Made by a program: the position numbers and the translations under genes. A stretch of 64,000 bases of DNA from positions 76,910 through 140,909 of the forward strand of contig JBGSZS010000002.1 in assembly GCA_041750285.1 (NCBI GenBank), written 5' to 3'. The notes below the pieces were generated by a model that saw nothing but the letters and a program-made list of their open reading frames with translations, was not told where the DNA came from and did not search any database. Numbering within the stretch: the first letter of the stretch is position 1; each line of letters begins with the position of its first letter. This stretch comes from Candidatus Fermentibacteraceae bacterium (GTDB taxonomy: Bacteria > Fermentibacterota > Fermentibacteria > Fermentibacterales > JCC-6). Below are positions 17,597 through 26,968 of the stretch, in pieces.

Positions 17597-17657
17597 GTTT
17601 TCGGTCCGGCAGTCCCTTATATTCCCGCTTCACAACCTGCCGGAACGGAAAAAACCT

Positions 17658-18443
17658 GTGCGCATAGCGGTGATAAGCGACATTCACGGCAACATTCCCG
17701 CGCTGGAAGCTGCGTGGCGGTCCGTTGCGACGTTTTCCCCCGACATGACGGTCTGCCTGGGAGACCTGGTCCAGTTCGGGCCTTCGCCGGACCAGGCGGT
17801 TTCGTTCATACGAACCCACGGGATCGAAACGGTCCAGGGCAACTGCGACAGGGCCGCCGGCCGTGGACGGACCGACAGCGGTGACGAGTTCGAAAACCCG
17901 CACTGGCGAAAGCTTGCCGCTGAAACGCTTCGCTGGACCCGTGAGAATCTCTCCCCCGAATCGATCGCTTTCCTCAGGGGTCTTCCCGACGGAAAACGCT
18001 TTCTCCTCGACAGACAGAGCACCCTTTTCGTTCACGGTCAGCCAGGCAGGCTGAACGAGGGCCTCCCCGCTGAAACCGCCCACGAGGTCCACGACATGGT
18101 GCTCAGCCGCAACGACTGCAGGATTCTGGTCTGCGGACACACCCATGAGCCCATGGTGGTGAGAAGGCCGGGAGGGATCATCGTGAACCCCGGCGGTGTG
18201 GGGGTTGGAACCCGCCCCGGCGGCGGAACTCTGGCCGTCATCGACATTGGGAACGGGATCGAACCCGTGGTCGAGATCGTGGGTTTCGACTACGACATCA
18301 GAGCGCTCGAGCTGGATTTCAGGGATTCAGGAATTCCCGAGACTTTCTATCACTGCGCAAGGCTCGGGAGGGATCCAAGGGGGCCTTGGCACACCGAAGA
18401 CCCCCGCCTGAGGCAGGAGTGGGCAAGGTTAGTCCCGCTTTGA
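17658..18443 (+). CDS. Calcineurin-like metallophosphoesterase (YfcE/MJ0936 type)
   Basis: ISDIHGN, CLGD, GNCD, VHG, GHTH, NPGGVG. Confidence 0.9.
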   Translation: MRIAVISDIHGNIPALEAAWRSVATFSPDMTVCLGDLVQFGPSPDQAVSFIRTHGIETVQGNCDRAAGRGRTDSGDEFENPHWRKLAAETLRWTRENLSPESIAFLRGLPDGKRFLLDRQSTLFVHGQPGRLNEGLPAETAHEVHDMVLSRNDCRILVCGHTHEPMVVRRPGGIIVNPGGVGVGTRPGGGTLAVIDIGNGIEPVVEIVGFDYDIRALELDFRDSGIPETFYHCARLGRDPRGPWHTEDPRLRQEWARLVPL

Positions 18444-19860
18444 CGCCTTTCGCCTGCGGTTCATCTTCCTGATCCGGGAATCCCCGGGGCGGCCAGATCT
18501 CGTCGGAGATGATGACTCCCTTCCAGGTCCTGTAATACATAATCTCCTCAATGACTTCCATTCGCGGCATCGAGAAAACCCCGTGGTTCGCCGCTATCCA
18601 CGAAAGGGAGTGGAGCAGGCCGGTGAAGGCCAGGAAAAGCACGGCGAGGGTCATGGCGCCGGAACGGCGCAGCAGGAGCAGGTTTCTCCATGCCAGCACC
18701 GAGGGCGGTATCGCAGCCACGGCAATCAGATTCCAGTCGAAATAGGGTCCGAGCCCCAGCCGCCATCCGTATGCCATCGCAAGGAAGCCCGCCGAAGCGG
18801 CTCCCAGAAACCGGTTGAAACCGTCGTTCTTCATGTTCCCGGTCAGGATGAGAACGATCGGCACCCACCAGAAGGGGAACAGGAGGAACAGAACACTCGT
18901 GACCGCGTTGTAGTAGGTGATCGATGGTCGCGCAAGCATGTCGATGGTTGTCCGGTCCACTCCCGAGCCCATGAAATGGCTGTTCTGGAGGTTACGGAAG
19001 TCAAGCCCGCTGTATGCGGCGATAATGAAGACCAGAAAAAGTACCGTGAGCATCACGGCAACCGATGCCGCGACATGAGCCCGGGCTTTCATCCTCCACG
19101 CCCTGATCCACAGGAGAAGGTGCGCCGGCATCATGCACAGGGCCAACAGGTGCATGGACATCGCAAGCGCCAGCACAAGGCTTGGCGTGACGACACTGAG
19201 CCGGTCGTCGAGGTATTCCCGGGAAACCAAGATGTATGCCATGCAGAGGGTCATCACTCCTGCGTAGTTCTCGACGTCCCCGAAGAATGCCTGCATGAAC
19301 CCCCCCGAGACCATCAGCAGAACGAAGAAGGGCCACCTTCGGCCGAGTTCGCGGCATGCGAACAGGACGGTTGCCAGCACGAAGATGAACCCCATTCCCG
19401 ACGAATAAGCCGAATACACATCAAACGGATTGAAGCGAACGGGATCGCCGAAGGTCTGCCAGATCGACCGGATGACCGAGCAGGAAAGCATTTCGTCGAA
19501 AGTTGCCCTGAATCCGCCGCACAGAAGGTTGAACGTGTGCACCAGGCCGTCATCGTTGACGAATCCGTTCGAAAGGGCAAGGAAGACGAAGAGGGCAGGG
19601 ACTGCGACTGCGATGGAGTACAGGGCGGCCCTTTTGAAGGGGACGGGATCGTTGTCCGGCAGCTGACGCCCCGTTTTTTTCACGAGGAGGAACACACCGG
19701 CAAAGACGACGAAGATGCCCAGCAAAGTCACCGGCGCCGTGTGCCTGAGCTGATTGAAACCGTAGCGCGGTGATTCCGAAAGGTACGCTGAGTAGAGGTA
19801 GAACGAAAGCTGCAGGGCAGTGAGAACAATGATCGGGATGGCGGGGTTCTTCTTTTTCAT
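18319..19860 (-). CDS. Polytopic membrane protein, possibly GT-C-fold glycosyltransferase-like
   Basis: About 11-12 hydrophobic segments; acidic loop NDDG after the early helices, FFGDVENY, MSMHL, FDWNL. Confidence 0.65.
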   Translation of the reverse strand: MKKKNPAIPIIVLTALQLSFYLYSAYLSESPRYGFNQLRHTAPVTLLGIFVVFAGVFLLVKKTGRQLPDNDPVPFKRAALYSIAVAVPALFVFLALSNGFVNDDGLVHTFNLLCGGFRATFDEMLSCSVIRSIWQTFGDPVRFNPFDVYSAYSSGMGFIFVLATVLFACRELGRRWPFFVLLMVSGGFMQAFFGDVENYAGVMTLCMAYILVSREYLDDRLSVVTPSLVLALAMSMHLLALCMMPAHLLLWIRAWRMKARAHVAASVAVMLTVLFLVFIIAAYSGLDFRNLQNSHFMGSGVDRTTIDMLARPSITYYNAVTSVLFLLFPFWWVPIVLILTGNMKNDGFNRFLGAASAGFLAMAYGWRLGLGPYFDWNLIAVAAIPPSVLAWRNLLLLRRSGAMTLAVLFLAFTGLLHSLSWIAANHGVFSMPRMEVIEEIMYYRTWKGVIISDEIWPPRGFPDQEDEPQAKGVKAGLTLPTPASGGGLRCAKAPLDPSRALRSDRKSREFLNP

Positions 19861-19954
19861 GGAGCTATACTATCTGTTCATCAGACCACGAAGCAATGTT
19901 ACGGCAAACGTCTCTGAAGTCGATTGATCGCCCGACGAGCGGAAGGGTCCAGGG

Positions 19955-22105
19955 TTGAGGGAAGTAGAGACCGTCTGCAGCACGCCTCCCGGGTGTCATT
20001 GCGGCTGCGGTGTGTGCCTCGGCGTTTGCGGCGGCAGGGTCACGGGTGTCAGGGGAAACCCCTCGAATCCGTACAACCGGGGTTACATGTGCCGAAGGGG
20101 GCTTGCGGTCACCGGCACGCTCTACAATCCCGACCGTGTGCTTCATCCCATGGTCCGCAGCAGGGCGGGGGCATGGCGAAAAGCCTCCTGGAAGGAAGCC
20201 CTCGGTCGTGCAGCCGATTCCTTTCTCAGTGCCCGTGAGAAACTCGGACCGCGTTCCGTTCTCTTCATGAAAGGGACGGGCCGGGACATCGGCCCCTGGC
20301 TTTCACGTCTCGCATACGGTTTCGGAACCCCCGAGTATTACGCCCTGGGGCCGGGTTCGGGTTCCGCCTGCCTGATGCCGCGGATGAGCGTGTGCGCTTC
20401 GGTTTTCGGGGGCTGGTTCACGGCCGACTGCTCCCAGTACTTCCCCGACAGGTACGACAATCCATCCTGGAGGCTTCCCGAGTGCATCCTGGTCTGGGGC
20501 TCGAACCCCATTGTTTCGAACCCCGACGGTTTTCTGGGGAAGTGGATAATGGACTGCATCAGGATGGGGTCCAAACTGGTGGTGGTGGACCCCAGGAACA
20601 CATGGCTTGCCGGAAGGGCCGATGTTCACCTGAGGTTAAGGCCGGGCACCGACGGAGCTCTTGCCATGGCTTTTGTCAACAGGATGCATGCCACCGGGAA
20701 CTGGGACCACGATTTCGCCGGCAAATGGGTAAGCGGCTCGGAGGAGACCTTTCTGGCCTGCTCGTCATGGAGCCCCGAATCCGCTTCACGCGAGTGCGGA
20801 ATCCCCTCCGAAAGCATAATCAGGGGGGCCGACCTCTGGCTCAACGCCTCGCCGGGCGCTCTTCAATGGGGCGTGTCGGTTGACATGAGCGCTTCGGCTC
20901 TGGGTACGGCCCACGCGCTGACCTCACTCGTGGCACTTTCGGGGAACCTGGATGTGCCTGGAGGGTGCGTTGTTGTTTCGGACCCATTTGGCATTCCCAG
21001 GAGGGGAGGCCTTGAAGCTCCCCCCGGGAAGACGGGCGCATCGCTGTACCCCATGACAACAATGGGCTACCCCTACGCAAGTTCCGATGTCCTTCTCGAC
21101 GAAATGGAGGCGGGAAGGCATGTCGCCTGCGCCTGGGTGCAGGGCTCGGGGACCGTGGTGAACGGCTTCGCTGCTCCGGACAGGGCTGCCCGGCTCCTGT
21201 CGCGAATCGACGAGGTGGTTGTGTGCGACCTTTACATGACGACGACGGCCGAGCAGTTTGGAACGGTGTTCCTGCCTGTGGCGTGCTATCCTGAACGCAA
21301 CGGCATCCGAAACTGGTGGTACCAGCTTGCTGCCGTGAACAAGGCGGTCGAGCCGTTGGGTGAAGCCCGAAGCGACATGGAGATCATCCTGGATTTCGGC
21401 CGCAGGGTCGCACCCGGGCATTTTCCCTGGACAGACGTGGAGGGCTGGTTCGACCACGTCCTCGAGCCGTCGGGGATGAGCTGGAAAGAGCTGTCGGAAA
21501 GGGGATGGGTGATGCCCGGGATCATGTACGGGAAGCATGAATCGGGTCTCTCCAGATCCGACGGGGAACCGGGGTTCCCGACCCCTTCGGGGAAGGTCGA
21601 GCTTCAGCCGATGATAATGGAGAGGGCCGGTCTGCTTCCGGCCCCCTGGTACGTGCCTCCCCCGGCTCTCTCCGCAGCTTGCCCGCTCACGCTCACAACG
21701 GGGGCCAGGTCCCTGTTCTTCTTCCATTCCGAGCACAGGAACGTGCAGTGCCTTCTGGAGGGGAACCCGCTTCCACTTGTGGAGGTCAACCCAGTTGACG
21801 CCAGAGCCTGCGGCGTTCGCGAAGGGGAGTGGGTGACCCTGTCCTCACCCTGGGGAAGCTGCGGAAGGGTGGTCCGCATGACCGAAACGGTTCCGCCCGG
21901 CACCGTTATGGCCCAGCACGGATGGTGGCCCCCGGGGCTCCCCGAAGAGACGGGCCGGCTCCTGAACATCAACAACCTTCTGCCCGGGGGGATGCAGGGC
22001 AGGGGCGGGCTTGGTTACCCCTTCAGGTGCATTCCGTGCGGAATTGCGCCCGGACCGGCGCTTCTTCCCGTTCCAGAACCCGTCGAAAAGAACAGGGGAG
22101 ACTGA
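19955..22105 (+). CDS. Molybdopterin (bis-MGD) oxidoreductase, DMSO reductase family, resembling the catechol dehydroxylase/acetylene hydratase branch
   Basis: CSTPPGCHCGC..C Fe-S motif, GTGRD, SACLMPR, DRYDNP..VWGSNP..SNPDGF, RPGTDGALA, GFPTPSGKVEL, TTGAR..FHSEHR, QHGWW; no Tat signal. Confidence 0.85.
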   Translation: MREVETVCSTPPGCHCGCGVCLGVCGGRVTGVRGNPSNPYNRGYMCRRGLAVTGTLYNPDRVLHPMVRSRAGAWRKASWKEALGRAADSFLSAREKLGPRSVLFMKGTGRDIGPWLSRLAYGFGTPEYYALGPGSGSACLMPRMSVCASVFGGWFTADCSQYFPDRYDNPSWRLPECILVWGSNPIVSNPDGFLGKWIMDCIRMGSKLVVVDPRNTWLAGRADVHLRLRPGTDGALAMAFVNRMHATGNWDHDFAGKWVSGSEETFLACSSWSPESASRECGIPSESIIRGADLWLNASPGALQWGVSVDMSASALGTAHALTSLVALSGNLDVPGGCVVVSDPFGIPRRGGLEAPPGKTGASLYPMTTMGYPYASSDVLLDEMEAGRHVACAWVQGSGTVVNGFAAPDRAARLLSRIDEVVVCDLYMTTTAEQFGTVFLPVACYPERNGIRNWWYQLAAVNKAVEPLGEARSDMEIILDFGRRVAPGHFPWTDVEGWFDHVLEPSGMSWKELSERGWVMPGIMYGKHESGLSRSDGEPGFPTPSGKVELQPMIMERAGLLPAPWYVPPPALSAACPLTLTTGARSLFFFHSEHRNVQCLLEGNPLPLVEVNPVDARACGVREGEWVTLSSPWGSCGRVVRMTETVPPGTVMAQHGWWPPGLPEETGRLLNINNLLPGGMQGRGGLGYPFRCIPCGIAPGPALLPVPEPVEKNRGD

Positions 22106-22107
22106 AC

Positions 22108-22875
22108 ATGCAAGGGGATGGTGCTGTCCGTTCAATGGCGTCCGTACCGCAAAGGCTTGGATTTCGGACTGCGGGGTTGCGCGGAGTTCCGCTGGACCGG
22201 GCGCTGGGTATCATTGCCGAGGCAGAGTACGCCCTGGTCGAGTTCTGCATGGAGCATCGGGATGCGTCGTCCTACAATGGCAGCCTGGCGGGGCTTGGTG
22301 TGTCATCGGTGAGTTATCACGGGAAGAAAGACTCTCCCGATGTTCGTAAAAGAATGATCCGTTCGGCTGTCGGGAAGGCGTGTGATCTCGGAGCCGGGGT
22401 TCTGGTCCTCGGCTCTCCCCTGAGTTCCCTGTGCAGCCGCGAGGCCTTTTACGAGGAGTGCTCCAGCGTGATGAACCTTCTTCCAGAGGGAGTCAGACCG
22501 GCATGGGAACCCGAGCCCGGAACCGTTCTAAAGGATCTTTCGGCCTTCGGGGAACTGGCGGATCACCTGGGTTCGGAAGCCGGGCTCAACCTCGATTTCG
22601 GTCACGCCTTCCTCGACGGACTGAGCCCTTCCGGGGCGGTGCTTCAACATGGTTCAAAAATCCTTCATACGCATATTGAGGACGTTGCGCGCGGGGTCCA
22701 CGAACACCTCATACCCGGTCGGGGTGAGTTTCCATGGGAGTCTTTACTGTTGGCTCTTGATCATGCAAATTATGTGGGTCCTCTTATTGTTGATCTGTTC
22801 AAGATTCCAGACAATCCTGTTCCGTACGTCAAGGCTTCGTACCTCGGGGTTCTGGGCGCATTGGGGGATGCATGA
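22108..22875 (+). CDS. Sugar phosphate isomerase/epimerase (AP endonuclease 2 TIM barrel)
   Basis: WEPEPG, LNLDFGH, HTHIEDV..HEHLIPGRGE metal-binding motifs. Confidence 0.8.
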   Translation: MQGDGAVRSMASVPQRLGFRTAGLRGVPLDRALGIIAEAEYALVEFCMEHRDASSYNGSLAGLGVSSVSYHGKKDSPDVRKRMIRSAVGKACDLGAGVLVLGSPLSSLCSREAFYEECSSVMNLLPEGVRPAWEPEPGTVLKDLSAFGELADHLGSEAGLNLDFGHAFLDGLSPSGAVLQHGSKILHTHIEDVARGVHEHLIPGRGEFPWESLLLALDHANYVGPLIVDLFKIPDNPVPYVKASYLGVLGALGDA

Positions 22876-23906
22876 CTGCAAAGGGTTACTCCATCGGGGT
22901 CGGTCTCACCTCCGCCTGTCCTTTCTCGTGCAGTCACTGCTATTCGGGGGCAGGCCGTAATCCTGTTGATCTTGATCCCTCAAGGCTGTTCCGCTTCATG
23001 GACGGCTTTCCTGTTTCGGCAATAAACCTCGGAACGGGTGAATCGTGCATGCACCCGCAGTTTCTGCCCGTTGTGAACGAGATACTCGATCGCGGCGTCC
23101 CCCTGGCGCTGACAACGGCCGGTCCCAGCCTTTCTGCGCTGCCTGACGAAACACTGGCCAGGCTGCATGACGTCGACCTTTCACTCGATTATCCGCTTGC
23201 AGGGCTTCATGACGCGGTGAGGGCTCCGGGGGCTTTCGGCATGGTTCTCGATGGTATCGAGCGATGCAGGGAACTCGGTGTGACGGTCTCACTTGCCATG
23301 TGTCTCATGAAGGGCAATGCGGAACACATGGAGGGCATGTGCCGGTTTGCCCGCAGACTTGGCATTTCCATCCGTGTCAACGTTTACAAGCCCGTTTTCG
23401 GTAACGGCCCGAAGCCTTCCTTCCATTCGTTCTGGAACTCTGTCTCGACGCTCTTCAGGGAGACGAAGGTCGTTTCCTGCTCCGAGCCCGTGGTAAGCGC
23501 CGCACTTGCCTGCCACGGCAATCCCTGCGCAACGGAAGGATCACCCTGCGGGGTTCACGGTTTCAGGATCTCCCCGGGTGGTGAGGTCCTGCCGTGCGTG
23601 TACTGGGGGTCAACGGGGATCAGCATGGAGCGGGTCATCGACGAGCCTGGGCTTCTGGAAGCGTGCGGAATGATGTGTCATGGTGCTGCGCTTCCCGCCG
23701 AGTGTTCGGAATGCCCCTGGAAGGGCGTCTGTGCGGGCGGGTGCGCCGGGCGAAGGTATTACACCGGGCTTGACCGCCCTGACGAGTACTGCTTTCACCT
23801 GAGGGGCGTTCGTCCCCCGGAACTTGAACCAGCTTCGGGAACCGGCGAAGGCTTCATCCACGCCGGGTACCTGTGCACCATGATCGGCTGTCCAATTGAA
23901 AGCTGA
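22872..23906 (+). CDS. Radical SAM/SPASM domain protein
   Basis: CPFSCSHC, LGTGE, HDAVR; SPASM CG..ISPGGEVLPCVY, CSECPWKGVCAGGC..C; extra C-terminal YLCT. Confidence 0.9.
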   Translation: MTAKGYSIGVGLTSACPFSCSHCYSGAGRNPVDLDPSRLFRFMDGFPVSAINLGTGESCMHPQFLPVVNEILDRGVPLALTTAGPSLSALPDETLARLHDVDLSLDYPLAGLHDAVRAPGAFGMVLDGIERCRELGVTVSLAMCLMKGNAEHMEGMCRFARRLGISIRVNVYKPVFGNGPKPSFHSFWNSVSTLFRETKVVSCSEPVVSAALACHGNPCATEGSPCGVHGFRISPGGEVLPCVYWGSTGISMERVIDEPGLLEACGMMCHGAALPAECSECPWKGVCAGGCAGRRYYTGLDRPDEYCFHLRGVRPPELEPASGTGEGFIHAGYLCTMIGCPIES

Positions 23907-25194
23907 CGCTTTTCTCCATCGGTTCGTCTCACCCCGGGGAGTGTGCGCCGTTTTCAACGCACTCACGCTCGAGTTGACAACCGATACCGGAAGCCCGTCT
24001 CCATTCGATCCTGAAGCCGTTCTGGCAAGCTACAGGAGGTTCTGTTCATCTCCTCCGGTCTCCATGGCCACTTTTTTCGTGACCGGCGACTGCCCCAGGA
24101 AATGCGGCTACTGCTTCGTACCCGGCACGCTGGGAACCATGACCGCCACCGAGGTCGATCACGGGCTTGAAATGCTCTCGGACCTTGCACCCGGAAAGGC
24201 TGACATACTCATATACGGCGGTGAACCGCTTCTCAAGCCGGAGATCGTTCTGCGGATAATCCGGGGAACGGGGGATGACCGCAATCTGTGCCTGGCCACT
24301 GGCGGATGGGATGTCTCCCGGGAGCTGGCCTGTGCACTGGCGGAACGCAACGGATTCGTGATCGTCAGCATCGACGGCGCAAGTGACGTCCACAACGATC
24401 TGCGGCCGCTTTCGGAAGGTGACTCTTACCGGTCCGCCGTACGGACGTTCCACGCTTTCCGGGATGCAGGTTGCCGGGTCGGGATCAGTCTGACGGTCAC
24501 CAAGGGGAATGCCCGCAGGGTGAGGGATGATTTCACATTCCTTTTGGACACCCTGAAACCCGATGACATGGGACTTAACGCATGGATGCACCCAAAGCCC
24601 GGCCTCGGTGCGAATCCGTTCGAGGCTCGCTGGGAGGATGTGTTCGATGCCGTAACCGGTTGTCTCTCCGATGCCCTTTCCGCGGGGATGTACGTGGAGC
24701 AGCTCTTTCGGCGGCTCAGACCGCTGGTCACACGCTCACCAAGGCTCAGGGACTGCCCCTCCAGGGGTGGCAGGCTCGTTTTCGTTCCGGGAGGCAGAGT
24801 GAGCCCGTGTGACTGCATGGCAGCCGCGGGAGTGAATGCTGTCAATGACAGGAAAGGGATACTGGAGCTTCTCTCCGACTTTTCCAGGCTGGTCCCCGTT
24901 TTCAGGGAAGGGTGCCTTTCCTGCCCCTGTGTTGCACTTTGCGGCGGCGGGTGCCTTTACGACGTGCTTGCGTGCACCGGTTGCCTTTCCGGTGTCAGGG
25001 AGGAGCGGTGCAGGTACGAGAGGGCCCTTCTGGGGTGGATGGTGGGCACCATTCTTGATGACCAGCCCCGGGACAGGGCACCCGGGATCCTGTCCATCGG
25101 GGAGATGACAGCTTTTCTCCCCGGGGGAATCCTCGACAAGGCCAGGATGCCGCAACCCGAGGCCATGCTTGGGGGGGAGATGACATGCCTGTGA
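23896..25194 (+). CDS. Radical SAM/SPASM domain protein
   Basis: CPRKCGYC, YGGEPLL, VSIDG; SPASM DCPSRGG..SPC, CLSCPCVALCGGGC..C. Confidence 0.9.
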   Translation: MKADAFLHRFVSPRGVCAVFNALTLELTTDTGSPSPFDPEAVLASYRRFCSSPPVSMATFFVTGDCPRKCGYCFVPGTLGTMTATEVDHGLEMLSDLAPGKADILIYGGEPLLKPEIVLRIIRGTGDDRNLCLATGGWDVSRELACALAERNGFVIVSIDGASDVHNDLRPLSEGDSYRSAVRTFHAFRDAGCRVGISLTVTKGNARRVRDDFTFLLDTLKPDDMGLNAWMHPKPGLGANPFEARWEDVFDAVTGCLSDALSAGMYVEQLFRRLRPLVTRSPRLRDCPSRGGRLVFVPGGRVSPCDCMAAAGVNAVNDRKGILELLSDFSRLVPVFREGCLSCPCVALCGGGCLYDVLACTGCLSGVREERCRYERALLGWMVGTILDDQPRDRAPGILSIGEMTAFLPGGILDKARMPQPEAMLGGEMTCL

Positions 25195-26360
25195 CGGGCT
25201 GGGTCGAATTGAGGGACAACTGCTTTGTGAACCCTTTCTCAGTCGAGTTCTTCTTTGGCGGGATTCCCCCGCTGGACGGGCCGTTCTCGCCGCCACCAGA
25301 ACCACCTCTGCGGATCAGGGCAGTTCAGGCGGTTGTCACCGGCAGGTGCAACCTCTTGTGCACCTACTGCAGTGCCCGGATCGCGGGGGGGTTCGAGGGC
25401 GACATGGAACCCGCCACCTTCGATGCGGTTCTGTCACACTCCCATCCTGATTCGCTGCTTCTGGTGACCGGGGGCGAACCGCTCCTTCACCCGGCGGCAG
25501 TGAGAACCCTTATCAGGGGCTGGAGCGGCCAGGCCGTTCTTTTCACCAACGGGTCACTTCTTGACAGGGAGACCGTCCAGTTCCTGAAGGAACACGGTAC
25601 GGCACTTGTCGTCTCAATGGATGGCTTCGAGAGGGAACACAACCTCTATAGGGGCGATTCCTGGAAGGCCGCAGCCGCAGCCCTCGATCTGGCACGGGAA
25701 AATGGATTGCCCGCCGGGATCTCACTGGTTGCAGGGTCCCATAACGCAGGTTCACTGCCGGAATGCCTCTACGGGATTCTGGAAAGGTTCGGGCCCTCGA
25801 GTTTCGGTATAAACATTCAGCACTACACCCCTCATTCCTTTTCGCCCATCAGTGCCGATGAGTATTCAAGGATCATCCTCGGTGCATACAGGTTCAGCCT
25901 TGAAACGGGTGTGTTCGTCGACCAGGTTGCAAGGAGGCTGCTGCCAGTCGTTACGGGGCTTTTCCGGCACAGGGACTGCGCAGCCCAGGGCGGGAAGATC
26001 GTGTTCCATCCTGACGGCTCCGTCAGCAGTTGTGTTAACACAAGGGGAATCGAGGAGTGGGGAAGCAGAAATCCTGTTAACTGCCCTTTTTGCCGGGGTT
26101 GCCCCGCCCTTGGCATCTGCGGCGGAGGGTGCACCTGGGACGGAATTCACCTGGCCCCGGAAGGATGTGGTCCCGACCCGAGAAACTGCGTCTGGACGCT
26201 CGACCTTCTCAGAGCAGTCAGTGAAACCGTGGAGGAGAGGCTTCCCCGCTCCGTCGTTCGACCCTCACGCGAATTCCTTGCCTCCCTGTTCGAAAACCTC
26301 TGCAGAAGGGCAGGATCGCCACTCGCGCAATCGCTGGGGCATGGAGAGGAAGACCGGTGA
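25185..26360 (+). CDS. Radical SAM/SPASM domain protein (paralog of the upstream gene)
   Basis: CNLLCTYC, TGGEPLL, FTNG, VSMDG; DCAAQGG..SSC, CRGCPALGICGGGC..C. Confidence 0.9.
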   Translation: MPVTGWVELRDNCFVNPFSVEFFFGGIPPLDGPFSPPPEPPLRIRAVQAVVTGRCNLLCTYCSARIAGGFEGDMEPATFDAVLSHSHPDSLLLVTGGEPLLHPAAVRTLIRGWSGQAVLFTNGSLLDRETVQFLKEHGTALVVSMDGFEREHNLYRGDSWKAAAAALDLARENGLPAGISLVAGSHNAGSLPECLYGILERFGPSSFGINIQHYTPHSFSPISADEYSRIILGAYRFSLETGVFVDQVARRLLPVVTGLFRHRDCAAQGGKIVFHPDGSVSSCVNTRGIEEWGSRNPVNCPFCRGCPALGICGGGCTWDGIHLAPEGCGPDPRNCVWTLDLLRAVSETVEERLPRSVVRPSREFLASLFENLCRRAGSPLAQSLGHGEEDR

Positions 26361-26968
26361 AGGGCTGGAGCCGGGAAAAGGTTGAGGCGTATTCCGGGGG
26401 AAGACGTTCTTCGCCTGCCGATGACTGGGTGGTTGACGCCCTTCGGGGGAGGGAACGGGTTCTTGAACTGGGTTGTGGTCCGGCACTGGCATCCGGCAGG
26501 CTTTCAGCACCACTGCTGGTGTGCACCGACATCACCGAGGGCTTTCTGCCCGTGGCGAAAGTTAACGCACCTGCGTCAACAGTCCTTTGTGCGGATCCTG
26601 TGACGTTGCCGTTCCAGGACGGGGTGTTCGACAGCGTTCTTGCCATGGCGGTGCTTCATCACCTTGAAAGGTCGTGCCTCGATGCGGCTCTCAAGGAATC
26701 ATGGCGCGTTCTGGACCCACGGGGCTGGTTCCTTCTGCTTGAGGACTGGTCCTTCACCGATCCCACCCCGGTCGAACTGGAAGCGAAACAGCAGCGGTTT
26801 GAAAAAGGCCACGACGAGTTCCACCTGACCTGGGCAGAATGGGACGAAGCTTTTAAAAAAGCAGGATTCGGGCTTTTGAGACGGCAATGGCCCGAAAGAC
26901 GGTTTGGCGACCCCTCCGGTGGAAGAAGCGTGAGGATGATGGCCGCCCTTTACTCGAGGCTGTCCTGA
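26357..26968 (+). CDS. Class I SAM-dependent methyltransferase
   Basis: VLELGCGP, LPFQDGVFDSV, VLHHL, RVLDPRG. Confidence 0.88.
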   Translation: MKGWSREKVEAYSGGRRSSPADDWVVDALRGRERVLELGCGPALASGRLSAPLLVCTDITEGFLPVAKVNAPASTVLCADPVTLPFQDGVFDSVLAMAVLHHLERSCLDAALKESWRVLDPRGWFLLLEDWSFTDPTPVELEAKQQRFEKGHDEFHLTWAEWDEAFKKAGFGLLRRQWPERRFGDPSGGRSVRMMAALYSRLS

